From Octopus vulgaris (taxonomy: Eukaryota), in the NCBI GenBank assembly GCA_951406725.2, contig OX597814.1, positions 172,608,001-172,672,000 of the forward strand: a stretch of 64,000 bases of DNA. Direction: 5' to 3'. Both the position numbers and the translations under genes were made by a program. The notes under the pieces were generated by a model. It did no database searches. It had not been told where the DNA came from and worked only from the letters and a program-made list of their open reading frames with translations. Numbering within the stretch: position 1 is the stretch's first letter; each line of letters opens with the position of its first letter. This document shows positions 52,791 to 64,000 of this stretch, piece after piece.

Positions 52791-54116
52791 ATCAAGACCG
52801 CCTTCCAGTTTCACTTTTCCTTAAGAAAAAATTTTGCCATACCACACACTATGCTAGGCAATTCTCATTATTTTCCTATAGCATTAGATATTACCAAAAT
52901 TTTTTTCCACGGTTAATTTGTATTTTTTTTTACAACGATGCAATTTTAAAAAATTCTATAAATCAATTCATACCATTGGGTTGTATTTTTTTTATATATT
53001 TTTTAAAACTTGCAAGTTCTTCTCCAATCAAAAAAATTATATAGACGTTGACATTTGTGTCATTTATTTTATTACATTTAATAAATAATCTTCTTGAATT
53101 ATTTATTATTGCTGTTGTTATTTCTGGAATTATTCCCATTCTCAATTTCATTTTTTAAAATAATTTTTGTCGCTATTTATTTGTATATTTATTTATTTAT
53201 TTATTTTTCTCAGGGGAACAATTAGGAACAGGGTCCGCATTATTATATATATTTATATATACAGAGAGAGAGAGGGGGGGGAAGGAGGAAGAGAGAGAGA
53301 GACAGTAAGATAGAAAGAGACATGCATACCCACACACATAGACACATATACATGCATATATACACATAGGTATATATATGTGTGTATGTGAGCATACTTG
53401 TGTGTGTGCATATGTGAATGGGTGCATTTATATATAGCTAACAGTGATTGGGGTAAAATGAGGAGAAGGAAGCTGAGGAGGAAAGAATTTGTGTGTACTA
53501 TTTTATTTTATTTGTATATTTGTTTAATTTAGCTGTCGTCTGCACCCCCCATCTTTGCAATGACAGCAAACATATTTACAATTGCGCCAGATTAGAGTGG
53601 TTTGAGACGAAAAGAAAGAAAAAAATCACACGCACACACCTCACCAAATCCAGGCACTTTGATTGACAGTTTTTAACTTGACGTAAAACTATTAGGGCCA
53701 AATTCTTCTGGCATCGCACCTGCTACTGTTCCATGGATAAGAGAGCTGAAGAATGATAAAAAGAAAAAGAATAAGAATAATCACTAAAAAAAAAAAAAAG
53801 AATATAGATTCTCTAGGAAGACGACGAAAATGAAGAAAACGATAAAAATGAAGAAATATTAGAAAAAAAGAAGTATAAGAAAGACGTCTAAATGAAATAA
53901 AATAAAAGACAAGGTAATGAAATACAAAAATGCCAAAAAAATGGGATTTGTCTTAAAGTGCATATAAAACTCACAAATGAATTCGCCAAAAGTTAGGACA
54001 GAGCCACAGAGTTACACCACATAAAAAAACGGGTAGGCATGTTGTTTGTGTATGTACGTACGTATGCAAGTATACATATACACACATGCATATACATCTG
54101 CATACACATATACATA

Positions 54117-54163
<47 letters not shown>

Positions 54164-54169
<6 letters not shown>

Positions 54170-54268
54170 TGTGTATGTATATATATATATGTGTGTGTGC
54201 GTGTGTATGTGTATGTATATATATATTTTTATTAGACACACACACACATATACATGCATATATACATA

Positions 54269-54304
<36 letters not shown>

Positions 54305-54411
54305 TATGTATATATGCATGTATATGTGTGTGTGTGTGTGTCTAATAAAAAAATATATATACATACACATACACACGCACACACACATATATATATACAT
54401 ACACATTTAAT
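54164..54411. repeat. Foldback inversion of a compound microsatellite centred on (TA)n at ~54272-54301
   Basis: Unique markers mirrored: ATTAAATGTG/CACATTTAAT and TTTTATTAGACAC/GTGTCTAATAAAA. Confidence 0.9.
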
Positions 54412-54999
54412 GTTGTGGGGGTGGTTACTTTGCTTTTCTTGTTGTTATTGTTGTTATTATTATCCAAAGAGCAATAGGTGTTACCTAAGGGCGTAGGGTG
54501 TTCGTTTTCAATATTTAAATTCTGTAACGCACCTGAGATAAGATAACAAAAATTATGACAGCAAATCAAATTGAAAATTAAAAAAAAAATTGTAGCAATT
54601 AAATATGAATACTTAAACGCATACATGTGTTTGTGCATGTGTGTACACACAAACACACACATACACACACATAAATATAAAGAGAAAGAATGGGGAAAGA
54701 ACTATTGTTTACCTTTTCATTAATGATACTTGCATAACAAAATTATGAACAAAGCCAATTAGGGATTTTCTATCACCTGACATCACGTTATTTTAAAATT
54801 TGGGACCACCCAATGAAAATCACTGACAGAATTTGTATAAAACTTCATATCAGCCTTCTGCTTCATGCATACATACATACATACATACATACATACATAC
54901 ATACATAAATACATACATACATACATACATACATACATACATACATACATACATACATACATACATACATACACACATACATACATATATGAATGTATA

Positions 55000-55854
55000 T
55001 CTTTATATATATAAAACTGAAAATGTGTCTGTCTGTCTGTCTGTTTCCCTAAAACTTGAGAACTACACAACCAATTTCATTCAAATTTTACCCATGCCTT
55101 ACTTAGGGTCCATGTAGTTTCATGGGCAAAATTTTTTTTTAACTTTTTGCCTAGGGCGAGCCCACAGCAATATCATATCTTCTCCACTACGATTCCCTAA
55201 AACTTGAGAACTACACAACTAATTTCATTCAAATTTTACACATGCCTTACTTAGGGTCCATGTAGTTTCATGGGCAAAAAAATGTTCAACTTCTTGCCTA
55301 GAGTGAGCCCATAGCAATATCATATCTTCTCCACTATTTCAGTATTACGTGTTAAAAGTGAAACAAAAATATTTCTCTATTTTATGTCAGATGCTTTCAC
55401 TTTAACAATAAAAATAATAATAACAATTGAATTATATGTATTAAGTAATAATTAAAATCAAACTAAAATATAACATAAGTAAAAATAGCAATTGGTATAA
55501 AATTGCATCAATGATTTGAACTTGAATAAGTGGTTTCACATGAATGGGAATTAAATTAAAAATAAAATTAGCGTGCAGAAATGGAATAGTCTAGATAGAT
55601 AATAAAAAATTAAATTAAAGAAAAGACTATTGTCTATAAAGTATACAATGTAGAGAAAAAAGAAGAGCTCACAATTCCAGTCTGTTATATATTTTGAGCA
55701 TTATCACTAGCGATATCAAGATATAACTTCGTAATTTGCATTTTATGTGTAAATGTATATATATATAGATGTACATGTAATATGTACACATATATATACA
55801 CATATATACATGCACTAGCACTATGACCCGGCAACGACGGGTCTTTAATGCTAG
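55000..55854 (+). mobile_element. Non-autonomous Helitron with internal 148-bp tandem duplication
   Basis: A|TCTTTATATATATAAAA start; GACCCGGCAACGACGGGTC hairpin + CTAG|T end; repeats start at 55045 and 55193. Confidence 0.85.
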
Positions 55855-55925
<71 letters not shown>

Positions 55926-57279
55926 ATATATGTATTTGTGTGTGTGTGTGTGTATACACACAGAAACATACACACACTTACAGACACATGTATGCGTCTA
56001 TATATTCATATGTAATTGTTACAATTTTTAAAAATCTTCAGTCTGAATAGCTGTCAATTTTTTTTATCTGATCTCAAGTGCGTTACGACGTCAAAATGTC
56101 GGGAACCAAGAGCCTAGACGATTATGTAACACCTATCGCTCTTCAGCTAATAACAATATCATCTATTAATAAAACCAAGCTAGGAAATTATAAAACCAAA
56201 CTAGCCCTACTAGACTGGTTTTTCGAATTACATTTATAGTCCATCATTTATTATAATGTTACTGAATGAATATTCCACATATACATGTATTCTTAAAATA
56301 GACTCAGAATAACACTGTAGATTAATAGCCTAGCGGCTTTGTATTTCAACTATCGTCCATTTTGTCCTGTTGTCAAACGTTGCTAAATATTCTACATAAA
56401 CTTAGATCTTTAGCAGAATATTTAGACTAAATCAGCGGTACGGAATGTGACAAAACTGGACTCATTAATTTAATGTTATAGTTGCCTCCCTCTCCTTCGA
56501 GCTTATATAACGCTAATCTCTACATTTTACTCGGTAGACTGTTACCTTTAAAAATACTTTTAAAATGATAGCAACAAAATGATATTTATTGTAATGAAAC
56601 TGAATTAATACGAGAATGTAAGATGGGGTGCAAGTCAGCAGGATAAATGCTCTGTACATTTTCCGGTCATATCAGATCTCATCAGTAAATTGTAGCTTAA
56701 TCCTTACTGCCCGACTTTTGAATAACGAGAATTTATTATTGAATGAACACTGCACAGCATCTCGACTTCAAAGAAAATTACCTATGGATGTCTGCTGCAT
56801 GAAACCTTAATAATAAAGGTATCATTAATATAATTAATGATTAATTCTTCTTTGGTTGGCTTATACAGAACTTCACTGTTATCCTTAGATATTAGCATAT
56901 CAAATTGTATAAATCTCAATGTATTAATCCCTATGTATTACTCCCAATCATTCCAAAGAAATACGATTGCTTCTCTGAAGAACATGTTACAGATTTTTCG
57001 TGTAATTAATCGTAGATATTTCTGTATGCAAAAGTCATCTTTATTCATCATTCCTTCGTCGCCAAAACTGCAGGGCAAAAATGGTGCTGTTTGAGATGTT
57101 TCTAATTCAAGATCATTTCACTTTCTCCGAACCAACGATGGCATTAAGTGGTTGCTCGTCAATTTAGAAATAACAACCACAAAATTATCAAACGAAACTT
57201 TATTGATTTTAAAATAAAGGATACACTAGATAATGAGCTGTTACTGCAATTTAGCATTCCAACACAAAAGACACACTGT

Positions 57280-58257
57280 TAGTCTCGTAAGCCTTCAAAG
57301 TGTCCACCTTCAAAAGTTACAAATTCCTGTGTGACACAGCTATGCACTGACCCAGGCTGATGTTGATTTCCTAACAGGCTTCTGTAATGAACCTGCGCAG
57401 CTGTGGCAGGGTACGTGGACTATTTTCTCTTTCACAACACTCCAAAAAAAGAAATCCATGTGCTTACGGTCTTGGGAACAAGGAGATCAATCAGCGCTAC
57501 GACGTGACTTCATTAATTTCCTTGGCAATGTTGCATTTAGGAAATTGTACACATGAAACGCATAATGAGGTGGTACCCCATCCTTTTGGTATAACACCTC
57601 ACTGTGCATTGTAGGCACTATCACCTTGCGCAACACGTCAGGGTAGTTGTCAATATTAAATCTTCTCAAAAAAAAAAGAAAAGAAGAAAAAAGGTCCAAA
57701 GACACCTAAATACGACAGACCAGCTCACACAGTAACTCCCAGCCGAATCACCTCAGGAGTTGTAGTTAGGTGGGGCTTTCGTCATGCCAGTAAACGCAGT
57801 TATATCTATTGACATGATTTGACAACTCGAAACAAGACTCGTCCGACAGAACGAGTCTTGCCAAGGAAATTAGATTTTTCACTAATCTCATTCACCATGA
57901 TCTCTGCAAACTGTATACGACGGTCTCGGTCACCCTCTGTTGCAGGAATTTGGCTTCAGGTTCAATTATTTCATGAGAGGATCTAGAGACTTCCGTGAGG
58001 TAGACTTGATGGAGACTATTCACAAACGTTAATGATAATGCATCTCATTTTTGTCAATGGTAAGACTTGGTGGACGTCCGGATGCAGGGGCTTTCTAGCG
58101 GTGGGCCAATGTGGAAGATTCCATTTCTGCATTTTGAAATTTCCAGTAATGCTTTAAAATAAAATTTCTCTCGTTATATCAAGATGCCCACCATTACGTC
58201 TTCCAACCCCGAAAACTAGGAAAATAAAACCGTTAGCTTTCTCTTGTACCACCCTGT
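57280..58257 (-). pseudogene. Tc1/mariner-superfamily transposase remnant with one TIR
   Basis: LSDESCFELSNHVNRYNCVYW, YQKDGVPPHYA, MDFFFWSVVKEK; TA-CAGGGTGGTACAAG terminus at ~58243-58258. Confidence 0.8.
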
Positions 58258-58998
58258 ACATAAAAGAAAAACGGACAAACAGAACAGAAATTTTGTTGTT
58301 ACGTAATATCCAATTATGTTATCAACCGAATATTGTTATCTAATTGCGTCTGGAACTCTATACTTGCAGCCGGCTATTGTTATCGAAAAGACTTTCTTCC
58401 AAAGTCATCACAGTTAACATCTTTTACTGTGTAAGTGTATGCACGAGCGCGCGTTTTTATAGGAAATTAATGCGTGTGCATGTATGTTTTCGGCAATTTT
58501 AATCTCTCGTTATTCAGTTACAACTTGAATAAGTCTACTAGATATTGTTGAAAGAAAGCAGACCAGCTGCTAACTGTTAAGGCGATAAATCGTGAAAGCT
58601 CTGCAATCAACCCGTACGGGTGTACTCATGAGAGAGATATTTCGAATATGAAATACTGATGAGAAGAGAAATGTGCAGACTTTATAAAATTCAAGCAATT
58701 TTTATCCATAATCGGGTTAATGTATTTCGTATATTAAATCTCTTTGAATTATGATTCTTTTCCAAAAAGCCGTGAAGTAGTAATATTTATACGGTACTAC
58801 TTTTTCTAAGAAACTTTACTGCACATTTCTTTTATTTAGTATTTAATTTGGTTTGCTCTTTAGACTACCGCCATTCATATAACCCGTCGTTAAACGATAT
58901 AACTTGTTTGTATGTATGTATGTATGTATGTATGTATGTATGTATGTATGTATGTATGTATGTATGTATGTATGTATGTATGTATGTATTTATATTTG

Positions 58999-59036
<38 letters not shown>

Positions 59037-59086
59037 TATGTACTTATATGTATACATATATATATATATGTATATATGTGTATATA

Positions 59087-59128
<42 letters not shown>

Positions 59129-59176
59129 AATACATACATACATACATACATACATACATACATACATACATACACA

Positions 59177-59605
59177 GGCGCATGCGTGACTTTGTGGCTA
59201 GAAGTTTGCTTTCCAAACATATGGCTCCGTGTTCAGTTCTACTGCATGGTACCTTGAGCAAGAGTTTTCTACTGGGTCCGACCAAAGCCTTGAGAGTGAA
59301 TTTCGCAGACAGAATCTTAAAGAAGCTCGTCGTATACATATGTGTGTATGTGTTTGTGTGTGCGTTTATGTGTGTGTTTATGTGTTTGTGAGTGTTTATG
59401 TGTGTGTTTGTGTGTGTGTGTGTTTGTGTGAGTGTTTGTCCTCTGTTATGGCTTAACTGGTATTAATGTGTATGTCTTTAACATTGCCGTTCGACTGAAG
59501 AGATCGATAGAATAAGTACCAGGCTTATATAACTAAGTACTGGGATCGATGTGTTTGACTAAAATTCTTCAAGGTTGATCCCAGGACATGGCTGCAGTTT
59601 AAATG
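59177..59605 (+). mobile_element. SINE B, older diverged copy
   Basis: Head, ACCTTGAGCAAG CORE, microsatellite, GATAGAATAAGTACCAGGCTT, tail. Confidence 0.85.
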
Positions 59606-59627
59606 ACTGATTCAAGTAAAAGATAAA

Positions 59628-59665
<38 letters not shown>

Positions 59666-60074
59666 ACACACACACACACACACACATACACACATACACA
59701 CACACACACACACATTTTTGTAGAGAGAGAGAGAGAGAGAGTGAGAGAAAGACATACATTCAAATGTATATATCAATTATTTTAGAAAGAATTGATGCAC
59801 TGAAAATATTTTAATGTTGAGAAATATTTCCTTAAATTAAAAATAAATTATATGCAAATGAATAAAATGACACATACGTTTTGGAGGAAAGTTTTCATAT
59901 TGAGAAAATGTTTTCGCTGCTCTCAGCTTTTCAAAAATAAGTGTTGTAGGATAATCTTATTAATACAACTTGTTTTTATTAGTGTTGTAGACAATCTCCA
60001 TTTTAGTTTCATTTAGAATCCTTATTAAATCATTTTCTTCCTTTATTTTGAAAGAAAAAATATTTAGAATTTTC

Positions 60075-60365
60075 TTTTTATCCCACGTATGCAACTCTAG
60101 CAATGGTATTCCTTGAAGAAAATGTTATATGTCCGTTTTGGAATTACTTTTCATTAGAATTTTCAATCCTATTTAAAAGACAACTGGAAAGGTTTCTGGA
60201 GGAGTACTTCATATTTTGGAAGGGAAGTAAAGAAGATTTTGCAGCATTTCTTAAATTAATAAATCACGGTCATTATGGAAATAAATAGAAAGGAACTTCG
60301 CTTTTTGGACATTGTGTTTCTTTAGGAAAATACGACTATTACAACCGTTGTCTACTGCAAGGACT
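60075..60365 (+). pseudogene. Decayed Penelope-like RT fragment
   Basis: PTYATLAMVFLEE, RFLEEYFIFWKGSKEDFAAFLKLIN, ELRFLDIV, ITTVVYCK. Confidence 0.6.
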
Positions 60366-60963
60366 GGAACACATATGGCATAAAGGGCAGTGAAAAGTTT
60401 AATGTGGGTACTGGGTATAAAGAGGTTCATAGGGTGGGTACAATAGCGTAGTTCTTCTTAGATTTAATTTCAAAAAATATTTTCATTTTTTGTACTGTGT
60501 GCGAATCATCCGGTTATAGTATTGGTCGGACAGTAGTCTTGAATTCTACATTATATCGATGAAATTATGTACAAGTTGTCTTTTAATGGCAATCAACCAG
60601 GGGTCAGAAATTTGTGTGGGTGTTTCTCCTTTTATTGAATCATAGTAAGTGAGCGTTGAAAGGGTTTTTTAGTAAAAGTGGGGCACAGTAGATAAAAACG
60701 TTTGAGAATCGCTGATATAGTTACATAATTTTACATAATACGACTTGGTTTGGGCTGTGTAACATAACATTTGAAAAATTTACGATCAAATTACAGCATG
60801 AAACAGCAAGAAGAGAATTTAGCCTTCTTTGGTTTCTGTGCAGCGGTTACCGACCATACCTTAAATATACTCTTGTATCTAGCGCTCTATTAAGTTTGCT
60901 ATTTTAAAATTTTTTTTAGATTATCAGCTGTACAATGTTAGAGACATACATAAATACTAAATG

Positions 60964-61296
60964 ATATTGAAGAGCTGTGACCCCACCGAAACCCAAGCTG
61001 TTGCAGTATCTGGTCCTGTATTTTGATGGTGATGTTGGGATCTTTGGCACCATGCAGTGGCGCCTCGTTCTGCTGATGGGGTAACTTTCAATGCCAAAAT
61101 TCGGAACAAGACCCTCCAGGATTTTCCAGATGTATATCACTGCATATCTCTCCTGCCTTCGCTCCAGGGAGAAGAGTTTTAATACTTTCAGTCTTTCCCA
61201 TTAGCTTATATGTTGCATTGAGACGATCTTCTTAGTGTAGCTTCGTTGGATTGCTTCGAGTTCTGCTGTTAACTTTATATTGTGTGGTGACCATAG
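60964..61296 (-). pseudogene. Diverged fragment of the same CR1/L2-group LINE family
   Basis: [31 protein letters not shown] aligns with 9180-9510; contains a stop codon. Confidence 0.92.
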
Positions 61297-62749
61297 TTAA
61301 CAGTAGCGCAGTAGTGATTAGACATATTGCCATAATGAGTGACGAAATATTTGTTTCTAATTTAGGCACATGGCTAGCAGTTTCAAGGGAACGATTTAGT
61401 CAAAACAATCGACTCTATTACTTGCCAGCTATCTTATTTTATCGAACTCAAAAAGATGAAAGGTGAATTTGGTTTCTGCTTGTTTTGAAGTGTGGAGTAT
61501 AGAACCGCGTCTAATACCATGAGGTGTTTTGTGACACGCTTTAACAACTCAATTAATGAATGATTTCAGAATGATTTTTAAGATGGACTCGAAGCCACAT
61601 ATTTTGGAGGAAAGATGTATTCAATAAATAGTATCCAATATGTAACTGGTTCTTTATTATCAACTCTAGACATGATAAAATTCAAAACCAACACCAGTGT
61701 AATTTGAAAAAAAGCTATAGCAATTATCGTAAATCATATCCGGCGGGGTAACGAGTCTACTATCCACATCCTTCAGAATGGATGTCTTTATAATCTCAAA
61801 AGTAATAAAAAAAATCGAGAAACAAAAGTCATTTGTCGAAATGATAGACTGTTTAATGCGATAACTCCTAGCAGCTGGCTTACTTTCTTTTCCAGCAATT
61901 TCTTATAGATTACGTGGATATTTAAAACATTATCTATGTTAATTAGTGATATATCAAAATAAGTGTAATTACGATCTGGGCGTAATGAGCATTATAATAT
62001 GTTAATCTAAGTTGTTGTTTTTTTCATTGAACAAATGTTAACTATTAATTAAATGACAGCATTATCATTATCAGTATAGCCTCATTAAGTAACGGTGTTT
62101 TTGTATTCAATGATGCCACATTCTGGAAATCTTATGGCTTCCACTGACAAGGATAAAATATGTACTTATACCTGAATATGTCTTGCCCATTCACAGTTTC
62201 GGCGATGTCATTTTTTAAGGAAAAAACCAGCTGTCTCCATTCACCACGGCAATGTTGTGCAAGGGAAGGAGCAATACCGCTTGGCACTATTGTTTTTATA
62301 TGTGGAGTAAGAGTGTAAAAAAAAAAGAAAGAAAAAGACCACGTGCCACAAGGCATCCTGTCAGACACTATAACAATTCTGTCAAGCCATCGTCCTAGAA
62401 TGGCTATTTATTTTGTCGACTTCTGAGAGATGAAAGACATCGACAAACTCATAGGGATTTGAACTGTGGACGTATAAATCTGGCACATTTATACCGCAAA
62501 GTATTTCGACTGAAATTAAATTCTGTAGATCTGTTCACTTCAAACAAGAACCTCTTAACAGTAAAATTTACAATAATTCAAATAATCAAAATATGAGAAC
62601 AGATATCAAATGAAAAGAACAGTCTTTTGTGCTATCGTACGATGATAAAGTAAAACACTCGGTTTTCTGATTCTTTTCAGTATTGTTATATACCTGTTGT
62701 ATTTATAAATATTAAAAATGAGGCATAAATAGTTATGCCTATGTTTACA

Positions 62750-62875
62750 GTTGAGTGGACTGGAGTCACGTGAAATGAAGTGTTTTGCTCAGGAACACAA
62801 TGCACTGCCTGGTCCAGGAACCGAACCCTCGAGGTAGCAATCGCATGTGCAACACCCTAATTATTAGTCCACATG
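62750..62875 (-). mobile_element. CORE-SINE head fragment
   Basis: Minus GGGTTCGGTTCC B box and TTGTGTTCCTGAGCAAAACACTT CORE. Confidence 0.65.
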
Positions 62876-62882
62876 GTTACAA

Positions 62883-62919
<37 letters not shown>

Positions 62920-62964
62920 ACACGTGTGCACGCATATATATGTATGTAAATATATATCTATGGG

Positions 62965-62998
<34 letters not shown>

Positions 62999-63619
62999 GA
63001 GAGACAGACAGACAAGTTGAGAGTGAGAAAGAAAATACAAAAATTTAACTAAAATAATAAGCAGTAGCGTATGCAGAGACAATGACTTATGTTTTCCAGT
63101 AAGTACCGCAGGTAACTTTGACATATTTTTGCCCTTGATCTGATCCCCATGCGCAAAGTATAGGCTTCTTTCGGTTGAAGTAGTAATGATAAAATGAATT
63201 TCTAACTGCATCAGACTGGGCTTTTATAAGCATAAGGAAATGAATTGTTGAGAAATTAAATAATTCAGGAATTCAAGGATGAATAAAAAGCCATAGGCAG
63301 ATTAGTATTGACGTATTTAACATAAAGGGCGTTAAAATGTTAACTATAGGTAATTATTTTGTCCAGACTAAAGAGAAAATGTTCATTATTTCAGTAAGGA
63401 TGTGTTTCAATGTTTCTGTAACTTCGTCAGCGAAACCTATTACAGTTTTCATCGTACTTGATAAATTGCTGATGAAAGAAAGCATTAAAACGATGCAGAA
63501 GATTGTGAAGTTGGTATAAGAAAGTAGAATTGTTTCAAAAAACATTATCATTATAGCGACACTACCTACAGGAGCACTAATAGTGAAATTAGTGTTAATA
63601 TATTTAACAGGTGTTAGAT

Positions 63620-63700
63620 TGTGCGTTCATATTCCGCCGTGGTCGACTTTGTCTTTCATCATTTCGGGGTCTATAAAATAACTACCTGTTCAACCCTAGG
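63620..63700 (+). mobile_element. SINE A core fragment
   Basis: GTTCATATTCCGCCGTGGTCGACTTTGTCTTTCATCATTTCGGGGTCTATAAA. Confidence 0.75.
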
Positions 63701-63946
63701 TGCGGTAAGATCTACTGATGCGTTAATCATCAGAACGCGAAATCATCGATGATCTGGTTGTATCTGCAACAATAGGGAGCTTGTGTCCCTAGTCAGCTCA
63801 TTAACATAGTAATTTTGTGGTTATTAAGTTGTTTGAACTCTTATTTCTAGCAATACTGATGCTTATTAGTATCCTTGTTCACTTTAGTGACGTATATACT
63901 TTTGTCTTTTGGTCGTAAAATTGCAAATTTTCACCCATATTATTTA

Positions 63947-63988
<42 letters not shown>

Positions 63989-64000
63989 GCACAGATTTAC

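Noticed and set aside
63354-63551. 65-aa hydrophobic ORF as a host exon
   Set aside because: No recognisable motif or convincing splice context

Overview
AT-rich, microsatellite-saturated animal DNA with no recognisable host gene. The SINE families and simple-repeat load suggest an octopus/coleoid cephalopod intergenic or intronic region (inference). Almost all non-simple sequence is transposon-derived. It includes one CR1/L2-group LINE with an uninterrupted APE+RT ORF nested inside a CORE-type SINE that shares its 3' tail, many tRNA-derived SINEs, Penelope-like element (PLE) fragments, three non-autonomous Helitrons, and mariner/Tc1, MULE, R4/Dong and RTE remnants. The most interesting signal is a set of hammerhead-ribozyme motifs in small islands inserted in or next to (TA)n-rich microsatellite arrays. 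One is a canonical type I motif and several are core variants. Four copies in two unrelated repeat families have the three hammerhead strands in a non-cyclic (pseudoknotted or split-core) order that fits none of types I/II/III. One of these families forms a retrozyme-like unit with direct repeats. All RNA structures were read by eye and are untested.
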